Notes under the pieces: model-generated
What the model saw: the letters and a program-made list of their open reading frames with translations, nothing else
Database searches by the model: none
What the model was told of the DNA's origin: nothing
Assembly: GCA_963825055.1 (NCBI GenBank)
Contig: CAWGSK010000034.1
Span: 32,001-96,000 of the forward strand
Reading direction: 5' to 3'
Source of the DNA: an uncultured Gemmatimonadales bacterium
GTDB lineage: Bacteria; Gemmatimonadota; Gemmatimonadetes; Gemmatimonadales; GWC2-71-9
DNA: 64,000 nt
Part shown: in pieces, positions 56,581-64,000 of the stretch
How the letters are laid out: every line of letters begins with the position of its first letter
Position numbering within the stretch: position 1 is the stretch's first letter
Made by a program: the position numbers and the translations under genes

Positions 56581-57524
56581 CCCGCCAGGGAGAGGTCGCG
56601 CGGACCATCCTGGACCGTCTCGGCCGGGTGGTCCTCGGCCAGCCCGACGCGTTGCGCGACATCCTGATCGCCCTGATCGCGAGGGGGCATGTTCTCCTCG
56701 AAGGCGTGCCGGGCACCGCCAAGACCCTCCTGGTGCGCACCCTGAGTCTCGTGCTCCGCCTCGAGTTCCGGAGGATACAGTTCACGCCGGACCTCATGCC
56801 ATCGGACATCACCGGCGTGAGCCTCCTGACGGGACAGGGAGACTTCCGCTTCCGCCAGGGGCCCGTGTTTGCCGACCTGGTCCTTGCGGACGAGATCAAC
56901 CGCGCGCCCGCCAAGACACAGGCGGCGTTGCTCGAGGCGATGCAGGAGCGCAGCGTCACCGTGGACGGGACCTCCCACCCGCTCAGCCGGTACTTCACGG
57001 TCTTCGCCACGCAGAACCCCATTGAGTTCGAGGGGACCTACCCGCTTCCCGAGGCGGAACTCGACCGGTTCATCATGAAGGTGCTGCTCGACTACCCGGA
57101 TGCGGATACCGAGCAGCACCTTCTGGTGCGCTCGGTGGAGGGGTTCGAGGCCGACGAACCCGCCACGTACGGCGTGTCCGCCGAGGTGAGCCCTGAGGCC
57201 CTCGACGCGCTCCGGTCGGCCAGCCGGGGCGTGCGGGTGGAGGAGACGGTCCTCGCCTACGTGACCCGGGTCGTGCGGGCAACGCGCGAGGCGCCGGCCC
57301 TGACGCTCGGGGCCTCGCCCCGGGCCAGCGTGTCCCTGCTCCGTGCCGCACAGGCCGCAGCGCTCATGGACGGGCGGGAGTACGTGGTCCCGGATGACGT
57401 CAAGGCACTGGCCGCCCCTGTGCTGCGGCATCGCGTGGTGGTGGCGCCCGAACTGGAGCTCGAGGGGATCTCCGCGGACCAGGCGCTCCGCGCCATGCTC
57501 GACCGGATCGAGGTGCCGCGCTGA
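56544..57524 (+). CDS. MoxR family AAA+ ATPase
   Basis: 'HVLLEGVPGTAKT', 'RIQFTPDLMPSD', 'DEINRAPAKTQAALLEAMQE', 'EGTYPLPEAELDRF'. Confidence 0.96.
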   Translation: MAGSQPVSPEEIARQGEVARTILDRLGRVVLGQPDALRDILIALIARGHVLLEGVPGTAKTLLVRTLSLVLRLEFRRIQFTPDLMPSDITGVSLLTGQGDFRFRQGPVFADLVLADEINRAPAKTQAALLEAMQERSVTVDGTSHPLSRYFTVFATQNPIEFEGTYPLPEAELDRFIMKVLLDYPDADTEQHLLVRSVEGFEADEPATYGVSAEVSPEALDALRSASRGVRVEETVLAYVTRVVRATREAPALTLGASPRASVSLLRAAQAAALMDGREYVVPDDVKALAAPVLRHRVVVAPELELEGISADQALRAMLDRIEVPR

Positions 57525-58840
57525 TCGTCCTGCCGTCGCGCCGATGGCTGCTCGGAGCAGCCGCGCTGGGGCTCCTCGCCCTCTTCGGCTTCGTCCGTCC
57601 CGCCGCCCTGTCCTGGATGGTGGTGGCGGACGTTGCCTGGCTGGCGGCGTTCGTGGCCGACGCGTTCCTCGCGGTGGGGCCCGACGAGATCACGGTCTCG
57701 CGCCAGGCGCCACCGGCGTTCTCGGTCGGCCGGAGTGTGCCGGTGACGTATCGGTGGCAGAATGCCGGGCGGCATCGCGCGCGGCTGCTGGTGCGGGAGA
57801 TGCTGCCCGGCCCGCTGGGTGGTGCGGAGGGTCCCACGAGGGACCTCGTGCTGGCCGGGCAGGGTGTGGTGGATGAGCGCCTGGACCTGCGGCCGCTCCA
57901 TCGAGGCCGGGGAAGCGGCGGCCGGCTCTCCGTGCGCGCCCTGGGCCCTCTCGGACTCGCGTGGCGGCAGTTCAGCCGCGATCTCCCCTGGACCACTACC
58001 GTCTACCCCACGCTCGAACGCCTGTCGCTTCGCGCGCTGCCATCACAGCAGGCGCGCCGCCGCGAGTCCGGCTTCCGGAACGTCCGGCGCCTCGGCGAGG
58101 GGCGGATCTTCGAGACCCTGCGTGAATGGGTGCCGGGCGATGATACCCGCAGTATCGACTGGAAGGCGACGGCGCGGCGGGGCAAGCTCATGGCCCGGCA
58201 GTATGAGGACGAACGCCGCCAGCAGGTGCTGCTCGTGATCGACGCGGGACGGCTGATGACCGCCGAGAGCGCCGGAACCTCGCGGCTCGAGGCAGCGGTA
58301 GGGGCAGCGCTCAAGCTGGCCTGGACCGTAGTAGAGCATGACGACGACGTGGGTCTCATGGTCTTCGCCGACGATGTCCAGAGCTTCCTGGCGCCGGCCC
58401 GGGGCCGCCGCGCGCTCCGCGGGGTGATGGAAGGGCTGGCGACCGCGGAAGGTCGCCTGGTCGAGAGCGACTACCCTGCCGCCCTCGCATACCTCGCTGC
58501 GCGCAACCGGAAGCGTGCGCTCACGGTGCTCTTCACCGATGTCATCGACCGGAGCGCCAGCGAGGCGCTGGTGGCGCGGGTGGGCTCACTCCGCCCCCGG
58601 CACCTGCCGCTCGCGGTCGTGCTCCGGGATCCGGCGCTCGAGATGGTGGGTACCCGCCACGCAGGGACGGTCATGGAGGCCTATGAGCGAGCCGCGGCCG
58701 AGGAGTTGCTGTTGGCGCGCGAGGCGGCGCTGCTCGACATGCGCCGGCGCGGTGTCCTGGTGCTGGATGTCCCGCCGGCCCGCGCCGCGGAGGCCGTGGT
58801 GGACCAGTACGCGCAGCTGAAGCGGCGCGGGGTGCTCTGA
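57521..58840 (+). CDS. DUF58 (VWA-like) protein, possible CTG start
   Basis: 'FETLREWVPGDD.R.IDWKATAR', 'IDAGRLM'. Frame is open from CTG at 57521, which overlaps the MoxR TGA and follows GAGGTG; first ATG is at 57617. Confidence 0.88.
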   Translation: MIVLPSRRWLLGAAALGLLALFGFVRPAALSWMVVADVAWLAAFVADAFLAVGPDEITVSRQAPPAFSVGRSVPVTYRWQNAGRHRARLLVREMLPGPLGGAEGPTRDLVLAGQGVVDERLDLRPLHRGRGSGGRLSVRALGPLGLAWRQFSRDLPWTTTVYPTLERLSLRALPSQQARRRESGFRNVRRLGEGRIFETLREWVPGDDTRSIDWKATARRGKLMARQYEDERRQQVLLVIDAGRLMTAESAGTSRLEAAVGAALKLAWTVVEHDDDVGLMVFADDVQSFLAPARGRRALRGVMEGLATAEGRLVESDYPAALAYLAARNRKRALTVLFTDVIDRSASEALVARVGSLRPRHLPLAVVLRDPALEMVGTRHAGTVMEAYERAAAEELLLAREAALLDMRRRGVLVLDVPPARAAEAVVDQYAQLKRRGVL

Positions 58841-58971
58841 TCTAACTGGTTGGAATCAATGGGTTTAAGGTGGAGTACGGAGAGGTATGTGGCGTGAGTC
58901 ACCGCGCTGTGGCTGCCGGACCGGCATCTTTCAGCCAATACGCAGTGCTGTACACCCCAAGAGGAGAATGT

Positions 58972-59472
58972 ATGCCAAGTGTGGAACGTATGAAATCAAT
59001 GCTTGCATGTCTCGCGGTCGCCGTCGTGTGCACCGCCGCCGTGACATCCGTCGCGGAGGCCCAGCAGCAGTTGCATCTCGGCCCCCGCGTTTCCTACAAC
59101 TTCGACGCTGAAGAATTCGGCATCGGGGCGCAGTTCAGCTATCCGGTCGCGCGGCGGATCGAGTTCTATCCTTCGTTCGACTACTACTTCGTCGACCCCG
59201 GTTCGCTGTGGGCGCTGAACGCGGACCTCAAGTACCGCGTGCCCATGGAAGGCGAGTGGCTGTACCTGGGTGGCGGCCTCAACATCGCGCATGCCAGCTT
59301 CAACGGGAACGGCAACAGCGATGCCGGGCTCAACCTGCTCGGCGGCGTCGAGACCCGGGTCGGGCGCGTCCACCCGTTCGCCGAAGGTCGGTTGACCCTG
59401 GGTGACGGCAGCACGTTCCAGATCAGCGCCGGATTGAATTTTACGCTTGGCAAGAGTGTGGAAGTACGGTAA
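58972..59472 (+). CDS. Small outer-membrane beta-barrel protein
   Basis: GAGGAG RBS; signal peptide; alternating beta strands ending 'FQISAGLNFTLG'. Confidence 0.8.
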   Translation: MPSVERMKSMLACLAVAVVCTAAVTSVAEAQQQLHLGPRVSYNFDAEEFGIGAQFSYPVARRIEFYPSFDYYFVDPGSLWALNADLKYRVPMEGEWLYLGGGLNIAHASFNGNGNSDAGLNLLGGVETRVGRVHPFAEGRLTLGDGSTFQISAGLNFTLGKSVEVR

Positions 59473-59475
59473 CAG

Positions 59476-59593
59476 GCAAGTAGCAAGTAGCAAGTGGCAA
59501 GTAGCAAGTGGCAAGTAGCGAGTAGTGAGTAGCGAGTGGCGAGTGGCGAGTGGTGAAGTGCACTGCTTGCCATTCGCTATTTCGCTATTCGCT
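59476..59593. repeat. Heptamer tandem (GCRAGTR)x11 followed by a shorter inverted arm
   Basis: GCAAGTA/GCAAGTG/GCGAGTA/GCGAGTG units (one GTGAGTA variant) at 59476-59552; CTTGCCATTCGCTATTTCGCTATTCGCT at 59566-59593. Confidence 0.9.
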
Positions 59594-60442
59594 CTCCCTC
59601 CCCATTGCATCCCGCACCGCATCCCCCAGCAGCGTACTCGCCACCACCACCAGCACCAGCGCCGCGCCCGGGAAGAGCGCCCCCCAGGGGGCGTTCACGA
59701 GGGTATCGCGCCCCGAGGCGATCATGTTGCCCCAGGACGGGGCAGGAGGCTGTACGCCGAGCCCGAGGAAGGAGAGCCCTGCTTCGAGCATGATCGCGTT
59801 ACCGAGGCCGAGCGCGGCGGCCACGATGACCGGGGTGAGGGCATTGGGGATGACGTGGCGGAACAGCACCCGTGTTCGCCCGGCGCCGAGCGCGCGCGCG
59901 CCGTCCACGAAGGGACGTGCGGCCAGCGACTGCACCTCTCCGTGCACCAGGCGCGCGACCGACATCCAGCCGGTGAACCCCAGGACCAGGACGACGAGCA
60001 GCGCGCTGGGCTGCCACAGCGCTGCCAGGAGGAGGAGGAGCACGACACGGGGGAGGGCGAGCGCGAAGTCCGTGAACCCGAGCAGCACGGTCCCGACACC
60101 GCGCTGCCAGAGGCCCGCCACCGCTCCGATCACGAGGCCGAGCGTGGCGGAGATGAGCACCGCGAGGCCGCCCACCACGAGCGACACCCTGGCGCCATAG
60201 ACCAGCCGGGTCCAGAGGTCGCGGCCGAAACGGTCGGTGCCGAGCAGGTGGAAGGCGCCGAAGGGATCGGTGGCGAACGGCGCGAGGAATCGCGTCGCCA
60301 CCACATCGTGCTGGGCCGCGGGGTCACCCGCCGTGATCAGCGGCGCCAGCAGCGCTGCTGCCACGGCGAGTCCGAGCACGATGGCGCCGGCACGCCCCCG
60401 CCCGTCCTTCAGGACACGTCGCAGGAGCGAGGTCTCACGCAT
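59585..60442 (-). CDS. Peptide/nickel ABC permease (DppC/OppC-like)
   Basis: 'LLGTDRFGRD..RLVYGARVSL', 'EAGLSFLGLG..PP.PSWG.MI'. Confidence 0.93.
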   Translation of the reverse strand: MRETSLLRRVLKDGRGRAGAIVLGLAVAAALLAPLITAGDPAAQHDVVATRFLAPFATDPFGAFHLLGTDRFGRDLWTRLVYGARVSLVVGGLAVLISATLGLVIGAVAGLWQRGVGTVLLGFTDFALALPRVVLLLLLAALWQPSALLVVLVLGFTGWMSVARLVHGEVQSLAARPFVDGARALGAGRTRVLFRHVIPNALTPVIVAAALGLGNAIMLEAGLSFLGLGVQPPAPSWGNMIASGRDTLVNAPWGALFPGAALVLVVVASTLLGDAVRDAMGRESE

Positions 60443-61406
60443 GCTGGTCCCGGACGCGCGGGTCCACACGGGTGACCAGGAGGTCGGCGAGCAGGTTTCC
60501 GGCGACCACCAGGACCGCGCTCACCGTCGTCGCCGCCATGACGACCGGATAGTCCCGCGCCTGCACCGCCTCCACCAGGATCCGGCCGACCCCGGGCCAG
60601 GCGAAAATCACCTCCACGAATACCGCGCCCGAGAACAGCGCGGGAAGCGAAAGCCCCAGCAGCGTGACGACCGGGACCATGGCATTCCGGAACACATGGC
60701 GCCAGAGGATGCGCCGGGGCGAGAGCCCTTTGGAGCGCGCGATCACCACGAAGGGCAGGCCGCGCACGTCGAGCACCGCCCCGCGGACGAACCGCGCGAC
60801 GCCGCCGATGCCGATGAGCGTCAGGGTGAGAAGTGGGAGGGCGAGATGCCGGAGGCGGTCGGCCACGCGCTCCCATCCGGCCAGGAAATCCGCGTCCAGC
60901 CCCGCGGCGCCGAATGCCGGCAGCCATCCGAGCAGGTAGGTGAACAGCATCACCAGCATGAGGCCGAGCCAGTAACTCGGCATGGCGAAGAGCGTCACGG
61001 TAGAGACGGACAGCGATGTATCGAGGGTGGATCCTCCACGCGCACCCTGGATCACCCCGACCAGGATGCCGATCAGGTAGCTCGCCAGGAGTGACAGGCC
61101 GACCAGGACGACCGTGGCCGGCCAGGCCCGGCCAAGCATCGCGGCCACCGGGCGCCCCGTGGCAATGCTGCGTCCCCAGTCGCCCCGCAGAAATCGGCCT
61201 ACCCAGGTGACGAACTGGGCCGGAAGCGGGCGGTCGAGACCGAGGGCATGCCGCTGCTCCTCCACCTGTGTGGCGCTCGCGCCGGGCCCGAGGAGGCGCG
61301 CGACCGGGTCGCCGGGCGCGACCTGAAGCAGGGCGAAGGTGAGCGCGACGACCCCGAGGACCACCGCGAGTCCGGCCAGCAGCCGGCGCGTGAGGAAGGA
61401 GAGCAT
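60435..61406 (-). CDS. Peptide/nickel ABC permease (DppB/OppB-like)
   Basis: 'APGDP', 'LGLDRP', 'ARSKGL', 'VEVIFAWPGVG', 'RDYPVV'. Confidence 0.93.
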   Translation of the reverse strand: MLSFLTRRLLAGLAVVLGVVALTFALLQVAPGDPVARLLGPGASATQVEEQRHALGLDRPLPAQFVTWVGRFLRGDWGRSIATGRPVAAMLGRAWPATVVLVGLSLLASYLIGILVGVIQGARGGSTLDTSLSVSTVTLFAMPSYWLGLMLVMLFTYLLGWLPAFGAAGLDADFLAGWERVADRLRHLALPLLTLTLIGIGGVARFVRGAVLDVRGLPFVVIARSKGLSPRRILWRHVFRNAMVPVVTLLGLSLPALFSGAVFVEVIFAWPGVGRILVEAVQARDYPVVMAATTVSAVLVVAGNLLADLLVTRVDPRVRDQHA

Positions 61407-61449
61407 GCCGCAATCTCAGGACAAGCGGCCGGCGGCGCCAGCACGGGTG

Positions 61450-61494
61450 ACCGCCCTGTCCGTCCCGTCCGCCCTGTCCGCCCTGTCCGCCCTG
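61450..61494. repeat. Tandem 9-mer (TCCGCCCTG)x5, same unit as 47281-47388
   Basis: ACCGCCCTG TCCGTCCCG TCCGCCCTG TCCGCCCTG TCCGCCCTG. Confidence 0.92.
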
Positions 61495-61510
61495 TGACTA
61501 ATATCTATCT

Positions 61511-62959
61511 GTGTTCCGATCCCTCCTCCTCGTCATCCTGGTGGCGGGCGCCGCGTGCGCGGACCCGGGCCAGCGCCGGCCCGGAACCGTGCTCTTCGCC
61601 TCGGGCGCCGACCTCCAGAGCATGAACCCCCTCATCACGCTGCACCCGCTGGCCCGCCAGGTCCAGCGCTACGTGCTGCTGACCACGCTCGTGCGATACG
61701 ATTCCACCCTGCGCACGGAACCGTACCTGGCACGCAGGTGGGAGTGGTCCGCCGACGGGCGGCGCCTCACGATGCACCTTTTCGATGGTCTCCGGTGGCA
61801 GGACGGCGTGCCCACGACCGCGCGCGACGCCGCCTTCACCCTGAACGCCGCGCGCGACCCCGTGACCGGCTACCCCCGCCAGCGCGAACTTGACGGCATG
61901 GACACTGTCATCGCGGTCGACGACTCGACACTGTCGATCGCATTCCGCGCCGCGCCCGGCGGACTCCCCGACGTCCTGACCGACCTCGCCGTCGCGCCCG
62001 CGCACTGGCTCGACTCCGTCCCGCGGGATCGGATGCGCCGCGCCGCCTGGAACCAGGCTCCCGTCGGGAACGGGCCCTTCCGCTTCATCACGCACGACCC
62101 GAACCGCCGCTGGGTCTTCGTGGCCGATCCGCGGTTCCCTGCCGCGCTGGGCGGACCCCCGCACGTCGAGCGCCTCGTGGTGGCGATCGTGGACGAGCCG
62201 ACCACCAAGCTCGCCGCGCTCGCCGCAGGGGAGCTGGACTTCGCGGGGATCAACCCGGCCCACGCTTCGTTCGTGGAACATGACCCGCAGCTCGCCGTCC
62301 TCAGTTATCCGCTGATCTTCACCTACGGCCTCATTCTCAATACCCGGCGCCCCCCGTTCGACGATCCTGTGGTGCGCCAGGCCATTTCGCTGGCAGTCAA
62401 CCGGCAGGAGATCGTGCAGGGGTACCTCTATGGCTTCGGCACTCCGGCCTATGGTCCGGTTCCACCCGGCCTTCCGGGTGCCCTCACGCCGGAACCGGTG
62501 CCGTGGGATCCGGATTCCGCCCGGAAACTGCTTGCGGGACGGGACGTTCACTTCGACCTGCTCACCGTCGGCAGCGGTGAAGCAGCGCTTGAACAGATGG
62601 TGCAGGCCCAGCTTGCGAAGGCCGGCATCACGGTCACGATCCGCCAGATGGAACTCTCGGCGTTCCTGGACCGGGTGTATGCCGCCGACCCGGCATTTTC
62701 CGCGGCCGTGACCGGCATCCCGGGTGATCCCGGCCTGGGCTACCTCTCGCCGCTCGCCGCCGTGGCAGGCATACCCGATGGTGGGGGCCCGCCCGCCTTG
62801 CAGGAGCGCTTCCGTAAATCGACCGCGGTAGTTTTCCTCTACCATGCGCGGGGCGTGCAGGGCATGAACCGCCGGATGCTGGACGTGCGGATGGACCTGC
62901 GCGGCGAGCTGGCCACCGTCAGCGACTGGCGGACCACCGGCAGGGCGGCTGGACCATGA
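61511..62959 (+). CDS. ABC substrate-binding lipoprotein, family 5
   Basis: Lipobox-like 'GAAC'; 'PYLA..WE', 'WQDG.P.TA.D', 'PVGNGPF', 'PFDD..VRQA'. Confidence 0.9.
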   Translation: MFRSLLLVILVAGAACADPGQRRPGTVLFASGADLQSMNPLITLHPLARQVQRYVLLTTLVRYDSTLRTEPYLARRWEWSADGRRLTMHLFDGLRWQDGVPTTARDAAFTLNAARDPVTGYPRQRELDGMDTVIAVDDSTLSIAFRAAPGGLPDVLTDLAVAPAHWLDSVPRDRMRRAAWNQAPVGNGPFRFITHDPNRRWVFVADPRFPAALGGPPHVERLVVAIVDEPTTKLAALAAGELDFAGINPAHASFVEHDPQLAVLSYPLIFTYGLILNTRRPPFDDPVVRQAISLAVNRQEIVQGYLYGFGTPAYGPVPPGLPGALTPEPVPWDPDSARKLLAGRDVHFDLLTVGSGEAALEQMVQAQLAKAGITVTIRQMELSAFLDRVYAADPAFSAAVTGIPGDPGLGYLSPLAAVAGIPDGGGPPALQERFRKSTAVVFLYHARGVQGMNRRMLDVRMDLRGELATVSDWRTTGRAAGP

Positions 62960-63952
62960 CCGGGCCGCTGTGCATCAGGGCGCCGCTCCGGCTCGACCTC
63001 GCGGGGGGCTGGACCGACGTCCCTCCATTCAGCGCCGAAGTGGGCGGCAGCGTCGTGAATGTGGCCATCGGCCTCTCGACGACCGTGCGCTGGCGGCCGG
63101 AGGGCAGGACGGTCCGCCTCTCGTCACGGGACCTTGAGGCAACCCTGGAGGCTCCCTCCGCGGACATGCTTCCGCACGGGGGCCCCCTTGAGCTGGTGGC
63201 TGCGGCAGCCCGGCGTCTCGGCCTGCCGCCGGGCTCTCTTGAAACCGCTTCCGAGGCCCCCCCAGGCTCGGGCCTCGGAAGCAGCGGGTCCCTTGGCGTT
63301 GCCCTGGTGCACGCGATGCGGCAGGCCCGCGGCGAGGCGGTGACGGCGATGGAGGCCGCGGAGACAGCGTGGTTGATCGAAACCGCCGATGCGGGTATCC
63401 CGGGTGGCCGGCAGGACCAGTACGCGGCGGCCCTGGGAGGCGTTCATCATTTCCGGTTCCGCGATCCCGGAGGTGGAGGTGGTCCGGCTCACCCCCGGAC
63501 GCGGGGTTCTGGATGCGCTGGCATCCCGTCTCGTCCTCTGCTACACCGGCACGTCGCGGATCTCGGGCCGGATGATCGCCCGCGTCGTCGAGGGATGGGA
63601 GGCGCGGCACGACCCCGTGGTGCGCGCGCTGCATGGCATGGTGGATGTCGCCGGGCGCATGAGCGACGCCGTCCGCTGTGGGGACCTGGCGGCGGTCGGT
63701 GCACTGCTGACGGAGAACTGGTCCCACCAGCAGGCGCTCGATCCCGGCATGCGGACGGATGCAATGGCGCACCTGGAACGCGCGATGCTGGACGCCGGCG
63801 CCCTGGGCGGGAAGGCGGCTGGCGCCGGGGCCGGCGGCTGCATGTTCTTCCTTGGCCCGGAGGATCCGGGGCCGCTGCACGCCGCCGCGCGAAGCGCTGG
63901 TGTCCGTGTCCTGCCGGTCACCTTGAGCATGGAGGGAGTACACGCGTGTTGA
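62956..63952 (+). pseudogene. GHMP sugar kinase (HddA/fucokinase-like) with a +1 frameshift near 63466-63468, probably a sequencing error
   Basis: First frame: 'APLRLDLAGGWTD', 'PPGSGLGSSG', 'GGRQDQYAAALGG'; +1 frame: 'LCYTG', 'GGKAAGAGAGG'; span 997 nt = 3n+1. Confidence 0.85.
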
Positions 63953-64000
63953 CGGCTGAAGAGCTGGGCGCCCGGCGGGAGGCCGTGGCGGCGTCCGCCG
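63946..64000 (+). CDS. Start of the next gene (partial)
   Basis: GGAGGGAG upstream; GTG TTG ACG GCT GAA GAG... stays open to the window end. Confidence 0.5.
   Translation, partial: MLTAEELGARREAVAASA

Noticed and set aside
1..64000. PEP-CTERM substrates, tRNA/rRNA, transposases, prophage or defence genes
   Set aside because: None recognisable by eye; the SBBP C-terminus lies outside the window.

Overview
This is a GC-rich bacterial chromosomal window. Gene content and style suggest Gemmatimonadota, which is an inference only. The left half (1-30.7 kb) is a cell-envelope/exopolysaccharide region. It opens with a ~16 kb minus-strand operon of 10 genes joined by overlapping stop/start codons, behind a good sigma-54 promoter match. 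The operon holds five tandem membrane-anchored 'sulfatase-like' paralogues that all carry W-T-L-P-S/T-H instead of the formylglycine motif C/S-x-P-x-R, then GT-C-like membrane proteins, a SAM methyltransferase and an SBBP beta-propeller protein. Next come a divergent YqeG/Gep4-type HAD phosphatase with GT4 and GT2, EpsI, exosortase, a priming sugar transferase, an SLBB protein, a pseudo-receiver/degenerate GGDEF protein, Wzc, a sigma-54 activator with a histidine kinase, and wecB. The right half is mostly housekeeping: acyl-CoA ligase, NYN protein, MPG, kbl-tdh, an orphan formate dehydrogenase alpha subunit, CDF, ArsR plus hydrolase, RlmI-like, thiE, mltG, ruvX, rho, M50 protease, an RDD-SpoIIM/MoxR/DUF58 cluster, a peptide ABC system and a GHMP kinase. 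It also contains unannotated small proteins, a structured leader, and 7-mer and 9-mer intergenic repeats. Three genes have +1 frameshifts in short homopolymers, probably sequencing errors. I recognised no rRNA, tRNA, CRISPR array or mobile element.
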